NCBI GenBank assembly: GCA_041690395.1
Contig: JAWLHJ010000007.1
Location: forward strand, 96,001-160,000
Length of the DNA stretch: 64,000 nucleotides
Reading direction: 5' to 3'
From: Longimicrobiales bacterium
GTDB lineage: Bacteria; Gemmatimonadota; Gemmatimonadetes; Longimicrobiales; Gaopeijiaceae
Position numbers and translations under genes: made by a program. Below the pieces are notes generated by a model. It made no database searches, was not told the origin of the DNA, and saw only the letters and a list, made by a program, of their open reading frames with translations. This document shows, one piece after another, positions 8,537 to 18,900 of the stretch; the stretch's first letter is position 1; every line of letters starts with the position of its first letter.

Positions 8537-10705
8537 ATGCCGCACTCGATGCCGTCCATCGTCAGATCGTTTTCGAGATCGCTCCTTTCGACCCTGACCG
8601 TCCTCACGCTCTCGGCCGTGTCGCTCCCAGCCGAGGTCGAAGCCCAGGTGCGGACCGAGATCGAGGTACCCATCGGCTTCTCGGCCACGAACGCCGCACG
8701 CCAGGACTACTGCGAGGCACGCTTCCTGGAGCTGCCGTCCTCGGACGCGTTCCGGGAGCATCTGCGGCTCATCACCGCCAACCCGCACCCCACCGGCTCG
8801 GCGCAGCAGGTCGAGGTCGGGAACTACCTCGACCGTGTGATGACGGCTGCCGGCTTCACGGTGCGCCAGCATCCGTACGACGTCTATCTGCCGCAGCTGA
8901 CGGACGACGTCGAGGTGCACATCGTCTCGCCGGTCGCCATGCAGCTCTCGAACCGTGAGCCGGTACTCGACGAAGACCGCTTCAGCAACCACCCAGACCT
9001 GTTGAACGGGTGGAACGCGTTCTCCGGAAGCGGTGATGTGACCGGTGAGGTCGTGTATGCCAACTACGGACGGCGAGAGGATTTCCGTGCGCTCGACTCG
9101 CTCGGCATCGATCTGACCGGGAAGATCGTGATCGCCCGTTACGGCGGTAACTTCCGGGGATACAAGGTGCTCTTCTCGGAGGAGCGGGGCGCGGCGGGCG
9201 TCATCATGTTCAACGACAAGCCGGAGGACTGGTCCGACCCGTATCCCGAGGGCCCGATGCTCAACGGCCAGATCATCCAGCGAGGATCGGTGTTGACGCT
9301 CCCGTGGACCGGCGATCCGCTGACGCCGTTCGAGCCCGCGCTTCCCCTGGACGGGCCGGAGCAGGTGGAGCGCCTCGACCCCGACGAGGTCGGGCTCCAC
9401 ACGATCCCGGTCCTGCCCGTCGGGTGGGACGCCGCGGCCGAGATCCTGTCGCGCATGAGCGGTGAGCAGGCGCCGGACGACTGGCAGGGCGGGCTGGACA
9501 TGCCGTACCGGCTGACCGGGGGGAGCGACCTGACCGTGCGGGTCCGGGTCAATCAGCCCAAGGCGATCACGCGGGCCATCAATGTGGTCGGGACGCTCGA
9601 GGGCACGCACTTCCCGGACGAGTGGATCGTGCTGGGGGCGCACTACGACCCATGGGCGTTCGGTGCGGTCGACCCGAACGGCGGCACCGCGATGCTGCTG
9701 ACGCTGGCCGAGGCGCTCGGGACGCTCGCCGACGAGGGCTGCCGGCCCCGGCGCTCCATCCTGATCGCGCACTGGGACGCCGAGGAGTACGGCATCATCG
9801 GGTCGACGGAGTGGGTGGAGGAGTTCCTGCCGGAGCTCGAGGCGGGGGCCATCGCGTATCTGAATGCGGACGGTGCGGTCTCCGGCCCGAACTTCGGCGC
9901 GTCGGCATCGCCGTCGCTCAAGCAGCCGATCCTGGACGCGGTGCGCGACGTGGCGTACCCGGGAACGGAGCAGTCGATCTACGAGTGGTGGGCCGAGCAG
10001 GCCGAGGATGGCGTGCCGGCCATGGGCAACCTGGGCGGCGGGTCCGACCACGTCGCGTTCTACACCCATGCGGGTATCCCGTCGGCCGGCCTCAGCACGG
10101 GTGGGCGGAGCGGAGTCTACCACTCGAACTACGACAACTTCGCCTGGTTCGAGCGCTTCGGCGACGCGGAATGGGTGTTCGGGCCTATGCTCGCGCGCGC
10201 CGATGGGCTCGTGGCGCTCCGCTTCGGCAACGCGGATCTGCTCCCGTACGACGTGACTCGGTACGCGACCGACACGCGGACGCACGTGAACACGCTGTTC
10301 GAGGTGGCCGAGGCATGGAGCATGGAGGTCGACTTCACGCGACTGGTCGAGGCCAGTCGTCAGCTCGACGTGGCCGCCGAGGAGCTCGATCAGGCGCGGG
10401 CGCGGCGCGTCGGGCTCGGGCCCGTCCCCGCGGACGAGGCCGCGCGTATCAACCGGGCGTTCATCGATCTCGAGAAGGCGTGGTTGGACGACCGCGGGCT
10501 TCAGGACCGTCCGTGGAGCCGCTCGCTCTACGTCTCACCGGACCCGTTCAGCGGGTATGCTTCGTGGATGCTGCCGGGGCTTCGCTACGAGATCGAGACG
10601 GAGAATCCGGCGGGGGTGGTGGAGTGGGAGGGGCGCTACGTGGATGCGATCGGGCGGCTGGTGGAGGGGATGCGGCGGGTGACGCGGTTGATCGAAGGGG
10701 GGTAG
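8537..10705 (+). CDS. Secreted M28 peptidase, glutamate carboxypeptidase II-like (PA domain plus transferrin-receptor-like dimerisation domain)
   Basis: Signal peptide; HPTGS, NYGRREDF, GAHYDPW, DPNGGTA, WDAEEYG, YLNADG, GSDH, YHSNYD; start moved from ORF-track 7643 to ATG 8537. Confidence 0.9.
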   Translation: MPHSMPSIVRSFSRSLLSTLTVLTLSAVSLPAEVEAQVRTEIEVPIGFSATNAARQDYCEARFLELPSSDAFREHLRLITANPHPTGSAQQVEVGNYLDRVMTAAGFTVRQHPYDVYLPQLTDDVEVHIVSPVAMQLSNREPVLDEDRFSNHPDLLNGWNAFSGSGDVTGEVVYANYGRREDFRALDSLGIDLTGKIVIARYGGNFRGYKVLFSEERGAAGVIMFNDKPEDWSDPYPEGPMLNGQIIQRGSVLTLPWTGDPLTPFEPALPLDGPEQVERLDPDEVGLHTIPVLPVGWDAAAEILSRMSGEQAPDDWQGGLDMPYRLTGGSDLTVRVRVNQPKAITRAINVVGTLEGTHFPDEWIVLGAHYDPWAFGAVDPNGGTAMLLTLAEALGTLADEGCRPRRSILIAHWDAEEYGIIGSTEWVEEFLPELEAGAIAYLNADGAVSGPNFGASASPSLKQPILDAVRDVAYPGTEQSIYEWWAEQAEDGVPAMGNLGGGSDHVAFYTHAGIPSAGLSTGGRSGVYHSNYDNFAWFERFGDAEWVFGPMLARADGLVALRFGNADLLPYDVTRYATDTRTHVNTLFEVAEAWSMEVDFTRLVEASRQLDVAAEELDQARARRVGLGPVPADEAARINRAFIDLEKAWLDDRGLQDRPWSRSLYVSPDPFSGYASWMLPGLRYEIETENPAGVVEWEGRYVDAIGRLVEGMRRVTRLIEGG

Positions 10706-10708
10706 TGC

Positions 10709-10800
10709 GGGGAGGTGCCGAGAGGTCATCCCCAGAGGGGCGCTCCGCTACGGACGCTTTGCGTCCAATCCCTCTGGGGATGACCTCTCGGCACCTCCCC
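10709..10800. repeat. Perfect 31-bp inverted repeat with an inner hairpin (REP/MITE-like)
   Basis: ggggaggtgccgagaggtcatccccagaggg (10709-10739) is the exact reverse complement of 10770-10800; spacer contains ggacgc-ttt-gcgtcc. Confidence 0.9.
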
Positions 10801-11031
10801 TCCCATCACTCCGGACGCGCGTCACCCGCCGCATCCCGTCCGCCGCGACGATCGGGGCGCGTACCTGGTGGCGCGGAGTGGGGAGAGGGTCGGCAACGAC
10901 CGGTGTGCCAACGGTCGAATGCTCACTGGCCGCTGGTCCGTCAAGATGAATGAGTGGATCTGGGCGATGGATGATGAAATGACCGAAGGAATCCAGCCAG
11001 GGTGGAACGGCCGAGCCTCGAGAGGGAGACG

Positions 11032-12018
11032 ATGAGGGCTGTGCTGCAGGAGCAATATGGAGCTCCCTCGGAAGTTCTCGAGTATCGCGAAGTAGACGCT
11101 CCGGAGCCCGATGAGGATCAGGTTCTCGTGCGCGTACGTGCGGCAGCCATCGCGGGTGACGATTGGCACCTGATGCGAGGCGAACCATACATCGCCCGCC
11201 TTGATCTCGGCCTTCGACGGCCGAAATACACGATTCCGGGGCGGGACGTGGCGGGGGTTGTCGAAGCGTGCGGCGCGGCGGTGCGCCACCTCAACCCGGG
11301 GGATGAGGTCTTCGGCTGGTGCACCGGGGCATTCGCCGAGTATGCGCTGGGATCGGCGGACACGCTCACCCCGAAGCCACCGCTTCTCGACTTCACAGAG
11401 GCCGCTGCCGCGCCCACCGTCGGAGTGACGGCGCTTCAGGCTCTTCGGGATCAGGGTGGCATCGCACCGGGACAGAAGGTGCTCATCATCGGTGCCTCGG
11501 GTGGGGTCGGGACGTTCGCCGTGCAGATTGCAGCGAGCTTCGGCGCCGAAGTCACGGGAGTGTGCAGCACGCGCCACAGGGAATTGGTACGCTCCCTGGG
11601 AGCGAGCCACATAATCGATTATACGCGAGAAGACTTCACTCGGAGGAGCGAGACGTACGACCTCATCGTGTACCTCGCCGGGAACCGTAGCGTGTCAGAG
11701 TGCAGACGTGTGCTCACTCCCGACGGAACACTCGTCCTCGTCGGAGGATCGGGGGGTCGCTTGCTGGGAGGCGTGGCCCGCTGGCTGCACGCCATCGTGG
11801 TGTCCCCCTTCACCCGACAGAAGCTTCGCCCTCTCGTCCATTCCAGGAACGTGGCCGACCTGAATACGCTCCGCGATCTCTTCCAAGCGGGATCCGTGAG
11901 GCCTGTGGTCAGCGCAACGTACACGTTCGAGGATGTCCTTGGAGCTTTCCGGCATTTCGAGGAGGGTCACGGGACTGGCAAGGTCGTCCTATCCTTTCCG
12001 GAGAATCGCCGCTCATGA
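11032..12018 (+). CDS. NAD(P)-dependent medium-chain dehydrogenase/quinone oxidoreductase-like protein
   Basis: PGRDVAGVV, GDEVFG, GASGGVGTFAVQ, GKVVL; AG-rich SD-like sequence before ATG 11032. Confidence 0.9.
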   Translation: MRAVLQEQYGAPSEVLEYREVDAPEPDEDQVLVRVRAAAIAGDDWHLMRGEPYIARLDLGLRRPKYTIPGRDVAGVVEACGAAVRHLNPGDEVFGWCTGAFAEYALGSADTLTPKPPLLDFTEAAAAPTVGVTALQALRDQGGIAPGQKVLIIGASGGVGTFAVQIAASFGAEVTGVCSTRHRELVRSLGASHIIDYTREDFTRRSETYDLIVYLAGNRSVSECRRVLTPDGTLVLVGGSGGRLLGGVARWLHAIVVSPFTRQKLRPLVHSRNVADLNTLRDLFQAGSVRPVVSATYTFEDVLGAFRHFEEGHGTGKVVLSFPENRRS

Positions 12019-12761
12019 CTCCGCAGACGCAAGGAGGCCCATCGGTGGCACAGGCGAGGCTCGCTGGTGTCCTCTACCTGATTATCATCCTATGCGCCGG
12101 CTTCAGCGAAGGGTACGTCCGCGGGGGCGTGATCGTGTCGGGTGACGCCGCTGCAACCGCAGCCAACATTCGTGCATCGGAGTGGTTGTTCCGAATCGGC
12201 TTCACGACCGACCTGCTCGCGTTCTTGAGCGACGTCGCTCTGGCGGTGCTCTTCTACGTGCTGCTCCGCCCCGTAGACCAGGTGATCGCAATGATCGCCG
12301 CGGCGTTCCGGCTCGCCCAGGCCTCGATTCTCGGAATCAACCTCCTGAATCATTTCGAGGTGATCCTGCTCTCGAGCGAAGCTGGCTACCTCGGGGTGTT
12401 CTCATCAGCCCAGATTGACGCCCTGATGCTGCACGCTTTGGAGACGCACCGACACGGATACTTGATCAGTCAGATGTTTTTCGGTGTCCACTGCCTACTG
12501 ATCGGGTACCTCCTCTGGAGAGCCGCTTCCTTTCCGCGCGCGATCGGCGCCCTGATGGTCATCGCGGGGGTGGGTTACCTCGCTGACGGGTTCGGCTTCT
12601 TTCTCCTCCCGTCGGTCGCCCCAACCGTATCCCCCTTTTTCCTGACACCCGTGGTAGTAGCGGAGTTGTCGCTTTGCCTCTGGCTGCTTCTGAAGGGTGT
12701 CCGCACGCACGATGCTGGGCGTGGCGGCGGACACGGGCGGGAGTTTCGCGCCGTCACATAA
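12015..12761 (+). CDS. DUF4386-like membrane protein
   Basis: ARLAGVLYL...GDAAATAANI...FFGVHCLLIGYL...ELSLCLWLLLKG pattern; ATGA overlap with the dehydrogenase. Confidence 0.8.
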   Translation: MTPQTQGGPSVAQARLAGVLYLIIILCAGFSEGYVRGGVIVSGDAAATAANIRASEWLFRIGFTTDLLAFLSDVALAVLFYVLLRPVDQVIAMIAAAFRLAQASILGINLLNHFEVILLSSEAGYLGVFSSAQIDALMLHALETHRHGYLISQMFFGVHCLLIGYLLWRAASFPRAIGALMVIAGVGYLADGFGFFLLPSVAPTVSPFFLTPVVVAELSLCLWLLLKGVRTHDAGRGGGHGREFRAVT

Positions 12762-13101
12762 CAAGCCATCACATAGCAAGGTGTTTCCGGCGCCGCTCAC
12801 TTCGTTCGCTCTGGCCTATGGGCCGGAGCTGTAGTGGTGCCCGGGATGCACACCGCGGTTGAGGGAAGGGGAGTGCCCCGCCAGACTTCCAGGGCTTCGG
12901 GCGTTGTTGGAAGAGGACAGGCTCTATCGTCGATCGCCCGACAAAAGGAGTTCTACCCCGTCCGCGTCATGGAGGGGGATACCGAGTCCCTTGCTCCTTC
13001 CGTGGGGGATGTCGTCACGAGTGACGGTGACCTCTTTCACCTGGAATGGTGTCCGGACTGAGGGCGCACGGCCCCGCCTTCCGGCGAGGCCAGCCCCTCC
13101 C

Positions 13102-14412
13102 TCAGGCCGGTAGCCCGTGCCGCACCACCCGCTCCAAGACGTCCACGAAGCGGTCGAGCTCCGGAAGCGTCGTGTAGACGCTGGGGGAGATACGGACGCC
13201 TCGGAATTCGGCATGGTTGATGGGCGTGGTGATGATGCGGTGCTCGGCCCAGAGGTGCTCGACGAGGGCGCTCGGCTCGATGCCGTCGATCTCGACGTTC
13301 GCGATGCCGCATGCGAAGCCGGGCTGCAGACTCGTGTGGAGCCGGACGCGGTCGTGCTCGAGCAGCGGGCGGGCCCAGTAGTCGCGCAGGTAGACCAGAC
13401 GGGCTTCCTTGCGGGCGCCGCCGATCCCCTCATGGAAGGTGAGCGCTTCGCCGATGGCCAGGTAGTTCGCGGCCGGGTGCGTGCCGATCTCCTCGAACTT
13501 CCGGATGTCGTCGTCCATCGTGTCCGGCGCCGCCATGAGCGGCCACACCTCGGGGATCTTCTCCCGACGCACGTAGAGCAGGCCGGTGCCGTGGGGCGCG
13601 AACAGCCATTTGTGGAGGGACGTCGAGTAGTTGTCCACGTCCAGATCGGCCAGCTTGAAGTCGAAATGGGCCAGGGCGTGGGCGCCGTCGATGATGAGCG
13701 GGATGCCGTGCCGGCGGGCGAGCTGGTTCAGTTCCCGCACGGGCAGGATCTGGCCCGTCAGGTTGATCATGTGGCAGGCGAGGATGGCGCGGGTCCTGGG
13801 TGTGATCGCTTCCTCGAAGAGCCGCACGACCTCGGCGGGGTCCTCGGCGGGGACGGGAATCCGGATCTGGCGGAGGACGATCCCCTCGCGGCGCTCACGC
13901 TGCTTGAACGTCGTGATCATCCGCCCGTAATCCTGCGTGGTCGTCAGGACCTCGTCGCCGCGCTCGAGATCGATGCCGAGCTGCATCGTCTGGAGACTCT
14001 CCGAGGCGTTCCGGGTGAATGCGATCTCTTCCGGATCGACGCCCCAGGCCCGCGCCACTCGCTCCCGCACACCTTCACGCTGCGGCTCGAGCACGCGCCA
14101 CATCGTGTGCGTCGGCGCGAGGTTCGAGAAGTCGAGATGCCGCTTCATGGCCTCCTGGACCCACCCGGGCGAGGGGCTCACGCCGCCGTTGTTCAGGTTG
14201 AGCAGCGTGCGATCGACCGTGAACGCCCGCGCGACCTCGAACCAGAAGTCCTCGTCGTCGGCCACCTCGGCCGCCGTTCCGGGATGGGACGCCAACGCTC
14301 GGGCGACGTCCGACGCGGAGCGTGACAGGAGTGAGGGGCGTAGCGGGAAGCCACCGGCCGCGGCGGCGAGGGGAAGCGAGACGGCTCCGAGGAAGCTGCG
14401 GCGGCTCTGCAC
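13102..14412 (-). CDS. Tat-exported class V aminotransferase-fold PLP enzyme (isopenicillin N epimerase/cysteine desulfurase-like)
   Basis: SRRSFL Tat motif after GTG with a GGAGG SD; LNNGGVSP, DGAH, SLHKW (PLP Lys). Confidence 0.85.
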   Translation of the reverse strand: MQSRRSFLGAVSLPLAAAAGGFPLRPSLLSRSASDVARALASHPGTAAEVADDEDFWFEVARAFTVDRTLLNLNNGGVSPSPGWVQEAMKRHLDFSNLAPTHTMWRVLEPQREGVRERVARAWGVDPEEIAFTRNASESLQTMQLGIDLERGDEVLTTTQDYGRMITTFKQRERREGIVLRQIRIPVPAEDPAEVVRLFEEAITPRTRAILACHMINLTGQILPVRELNQLARRHGIPLIIDGAHALAHFDFKLADLDVDNYSTSLHKWLFAPHGTGLLYVRREKIPEVWPLMAAPDTMDDDIRKFEEIGTHPAANYLAIGEALTFHEGIGGARKEARLVYLRDYWARPLLEHDRVRLHTSLQPGFACGIANVEIDGIEPSALVEHLWAEHRIITTPINHAEFRGVRISPSVYTTLPELDRFVDVLERVVRHGLPA

Positions 14413-14637
14413 GGGATCCTCCAGGACTCGAGCGGCTGGTGACCCGGTAGCCGGGCCCCTGAAGCTCACGATACGGGGCGAGATTGCGGATGTCCAACGG
14501 GCCGATGTGATGGCGGTCGCTCGCTGACTCGAGCGTGGCCCTCCCCCCGGCCGGCTGCGACGCTCGGACGCGACACGTGTCGCGGCCCCGGTCCGCGGCA
14601 TGCTCCTGAAAAGCGTTGCGGTACGCTATGCCGAGCA

Positions 14638-14653
14638 TGGCATGAAGCTTGAG
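14638..14653 (+). promoter_or_regulatory. Possible sigma-54-like -24/-12 element upstream of the TPR operon
   Basis: TGGCATGAAGCTTGAG fits TGGCA-N6-TTG spacing but lacks the -12 C; overlaps the inverted repeat atgaag-N7-cttcat. Confidence 0.25.
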
Positions 14654-14787
14654 ACTTCATCGGAACGCGAGGCCGACCGTGGGTACTATTCGGTGTCTGA
14701 TTCCAGTGCTGTATTCTTCGAAGTGGAGGCATCCCCCTGCCAGGCCCGGAGTACGTTGCGCGTCCGGTCGCATCTCGAGGTCGTTAC

Positions 14788-15945
14788 ATGTCCCCCAGGG
14801 ACGCGCATTGCCCTCCGCTCCGCGCCTTCCGGTGGGGCCTCGCTGCGCTCGCCCTGACGCTCGGTCCCGCGTCCGCCTCCGCCCAGGATCTCCCGTTCCA
14901 ACGGGACTACCCCGGCTCGAGTCAGTACGAGTGCGGCTCGTCCGACCCTCCGGCCGTCGCCAGCGCCGAGGCCAGGGGCCAGGCCGCCCAGCTCGCATCG
15001 AGTGCGGCCCAGGCGGTTCTCCTCGGCGATCTGGATCGGGCCGGCGCCATGCTGGAGCGGGCCACGGAGCTCGACCCCGCATCTGCGGATCTGGCGTATC
15101 GGCGGGCCAGGGTCCTGGAAGATCTCGGGCAGCGAGAGGCGGCCGGCGGCGAATATTGCCGGTCCCTCGCGCTCCTCGACTCCGGCGACACCGCCGAAGA
15201 CGCCCGGGCGCGGCTCGAGGCCCTCGTAGAGGCCGAAGCGGAGAGCGTCCCGACCCAGGCCTTGGCGGCGTTCCGCATGGGGCTCGAAGCCGTGGATGCG
15301 GGTATGCTGGATGAGGCCGTCGACGCGTTCCAGGTCGCGGAGACCGAGGGGGGCGACTGGCCGGCCGCCACGTACAACCGGGGGGTTGCGCTGGAGCGCC
15401 TCGGACGGCCGGGAGAGGCGGCCCAGGCTCTCTCCTCCTATCTACAGCTGCGGCCGGACGCCCCGGACGCCTTGGTGGTCTCCCGGCGCATCGGTCAGCT
15501 GCAGAGTCTCGCGCTGTCTGACGGGCCCAGCCCCGGGACCGCCCTCACCCTGGGGATCCTCATGCCCGGTCTCGGGCACTTCTACTCCGGCCGGCCCGGG
15601 AGCGGCGTAGCGGTCCTCGCGCTCGCCGGCGGCGCCGTGGCGGCAGGGTTCCTGATCAAGGAAGTGGATATCCGGTGCCTCACGCCCCAACAGGGCGCGT
15701 GTCCGCCCGATCAGGTCGTTTCGCGCACCACGAGCCGACCGTATCTCACCGCCTCGCTGGCCGCTGCTGCTGCGGTGGGCCTGGCCGGAGCCATCGAGGC
15801 GTTCGTCGATGCGCGGGGGAGGCGGGGAAGTGGCGCCACGTTCGCGCAGTCTGCGGGTGACGACACCGATCTCGTCGTGCTCCCGGGGCTCGACATCCAT
15901 CGTGGAAAGATCGGTTTCGGCCTTCTCGGGCTGAGGTTCCGCTGA
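14788..15945 (+). CDS. Secreted tetratricopeptide-repeat protein with a hydrophobic C-terminal region
   Basis: Signal peptide ending ASAQ; TPR-like helices (ATELDP, YNRGVALERLG, YLQLRPDAPD); PGLGHFYSG motif; ends GLRFR. Confidence 0.75.
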   Translation: MSPRDAHCPPLRAFRWGLAALALTLGPASASAQDLPFQRDYPGSSQYECGSSDPPAVASAEARGQAAQLASSAAQAVLLGDLDRAGAMLERATELDPASADLAYRRARVLEDLGQREAAGGEYCRSLALLDSGDTAEDARARLEALVEAEAESVPTQALAAFRMGLEAVDAGMLDEAVDAFQVAETEGGDWPAATYNRGVALERLGRPGEAAQALSSYLQLRPDAPDALVVSRRIGQLQSLALSDGPSPGTALTLGILMPGLGHFYSGRPGSGVAVLALAGGAVAAGFLIKEVDIRCLTPQQGACPPDQVVSRTTSRPYLTASLAAAAAVGLAGAIEAFVDARGRRGSGATFAQSAGDDTDLVVLPGLDIHRGKIGFGLLGLRFR

Positions 15946-18900
15946 TGAGCGCCAGGACGAGGGCCATGTTCCGGCGGATGACCGGTGGGTTCCGGCGCCG
16001 CTTCGTGGTTGGGCTCCTCGCGTCGGTCCTCGGCGCCCTGGGCCTGATCCAGGCGTGTACGTCGGAGAACATCTCGGGTGTCGTCGTCGGGACCGTCACC
16101 GTCTCTCCCTCCTCGCAGTCGGTCGTGGTCGGCGAGACCGCTGACTTCGATGCCACCGTGACCGACGAGAACGGAGCTACGCTCTCGGGCGCGGCCGTCT
16201 CGTGGTCCATCTCGAGCGAAGACGGCGACGTGGCCACGATCGACGGGAATGGGCGGGTCACCGGTCTGGCCATCGGCGTCGCGCGGGTCGTCGCCACGTT
16301 CCAGGGAAGCTCGGACGAGGCCACCCTGACCGTCCAACCGCCGCCGGTCCTCTCCATCACCCCGGAGGTGGCGGCGTTCTACGCGGGTGTGGGCGGACCC
16401 GACCCGGAGCCCGTCGTGTTCACCGTGGGGAACGCCGGCTCGGGCACGATCGAAGGCCTCTCCGCGGAGATCGCATATCCGGAAGGCGAGGAAACGGATT
16501 GGCTGGCCGTCGAGCTCTCCGGCTCCACGACTCCGGCCGATCTCGACATGGTCGTATCCGGCGCGGGCCTCGGCTCGGGTCGCTTCAGCGCGACCGTCAC
16601 GCTCACGACGTCCGACCCGGACGACCCGCCGTTCGTCGTGCCCGTGACGTTCGTACGGTCGAGCTTCACGCTCACCGTTCCGCCCGAGGGCCTCGTGGTC
16701 GATGAGGGGGGCAGTACGGCCACGTTCACGGTGGCGTTGGATGTCGCGCCCGAGAGCGACGTGGTGCTCGACGTGGCTTCTGCTGACGAGGAAGAGCAAG
16801 AGGTGGTCGTCGACCCTGCGCAGATCACGTTTACTCCCGAGAACTGGGATGTCGGGCAGGCCGTGACGGTGACCGGAGTCGACGACGCGGCCGAGGATGG
16901 AGCCCAGGACGTCCTGGTCACCGTTTCGGTGAACACCTCGGCATCCGATCCGGCCTACGGTCCCGCGCTGGATCGCTCGGTGACAGTCACCAACCAGGAC
17001 GATGACGCGGCGGGGTTCACGGTGGTCCAGACGAACGGGGCCACGATCGTGGACGAGGCCGGGCTGCGGGATACGTTGACCGTGTCACTCGGCACCGAGC
17101 CTACGGCCGAGGTGGTCATCTCCGTGTCCGCATCGGACCTGAGCGCGGCGATCGTGAGCCCGCAGACGCTCACCTTCACGCTCGCCAACTGGGACACGCC
17201 GCAGCGAGTCGTCGTGCAGGGCGTGGACGACGACGCCGTCGACGGGCCTCAGGAAAGCACCGTGACGTTCACCGTCGTCGATGACGAGTCGGATGCCGCG
17301 TATCAGGGGCTGCCGCCGCAGGTCATCGATGTGACGACGCTGGATGACGACGGGGCGGCGATCCAGGTGACGGAGAGCCAGGGAAATACCGTAGTGGGTG
17401 AGAGCGGGAGCACGGATGCGTTCACGGTCCAGTTGTCGGGGCGACCGAGCGCGGACGTGGTACTTTCCATTGGGAGCGCGGACACAGGCGAGGCGACTGT
17501 CAATCCAACGTCGCTGACGTTCACGCCGGACGACTACGACGTGGCTCAGCCCGTCACTGTCTCAGGAGTCGACGACAACCTCGTGGACGGTGACATGGTG
17601 ACCGACGTGACTGTGGTCGTCGTTGCCGCGAGCTCGGCGGCGGAGTATGCGGGCGCGGGGCCTGCCACGATTCAGGTCACCACCACGGATGACGACAGGG
17701 CCGCCCTGATTGTGACCCAAACAGACGGCGGGGCCGCCGTCTCCGAGGCCGGTACCTCCGACACCTTCACACTCGCCCTGTCGGCTCGTCCCCTGACGGA
17801 CGTGGTGGTCACCGCCTCGAGCGCCGATGAAGGAGAGGTCACGGTCGCGCCCGCCATCCTCACGTTCACGACCGATACCTGGGATGCTCCCCAGACCCTG
17901 ACCGTGACCGGCGTCGACGACGACATCATCGACGGGAACCAGGACGTCGACGTGACGCTCGTGGTGGATGCGGCGCAGTCAGATCCGATTTACGAGACCG
18001 TGGACACGACGGTCGTCGTCACGAACGCGGACGATGATGCCCCGGGCTTCACGATCACCTCCGGCACCACCGTGAGCGTGTCCGAGGCCGGCGGGACTGC
18101 GCCGGTCACGGTCATCCTCAACACGGAGCCGGCATCGGACGTCGTCCTCGACTTCGCGATCGCGGACGCGACCGTGGCCACCGTGGAGCCGACGACGCTC
18201 ACGTTCACCGCGGGGAACTGGGATACGCCGCAGTCCGTGACGGTCACGGGTGTGGATGACGACATAGTCGACGGCGCTCAGGTCGCCGACCTGACCGTCT
18301 CCGTGGATGCCGCGGCGTCCGACGACGACTACGACGGGGTCGCCGATCAAACCGTCTCGGTCACGGCATTGGACGACGACGTTGCCGGGTTCACGCTCGC
18401 GGACGCCGAAAGCCTGACCGTCTCCGAGGCCGGCGGGACCGACGCCTTCACCGTGGTCCTCGACGCCCAGCCGCTCGCGGCTGTGGTGCTCACCGTGAGC
18501 AGCGGTGACGCCACGGAGGTCGCGGTGAGTCCCACGACGCTCACCTTCACGGACGCCAATTGGAGCACACCTCGAACCGTGACGGTCACCGGCGTCGACG
18601 ACGACGTCGTGGATGGGGCCGCGATTACCGCGGTAACCGTGGCCGTCGATCCCGCCCAGTCAGACGACGCCTTCGACGGGGTGGCGAGCCAGGAAGCCAG
18701 TGTCACGACAACGGACAACGAAGTGGCCGGATTCACGCTGGCGGATACGGCCGGCTTGTCGGTATCAGAGAGCGGCACGGGAACGGCTGATTTCACGGTC
18801 GTGCTGGACGCTGCGCCGATCGCTCAAGTCACGTTCGCAATCACGAGTGAGGATACCGGGGAGGTCACGGCGAGTCCGCCGACGCTCACGTTCACGGCAT

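Noticed and set aside
12834..13113. Short ORFs after the DUF4386 gene
   Set aside because: No SD, no recognisable motif; may be a remnant but cannot be supported
15990..16020. RRRFVV as a Tat signal on the giant protein
   Set aside because: Weak match; a lipoprotein-type signal explains the N-terminus, and the export route cannot be decided from sequence alone
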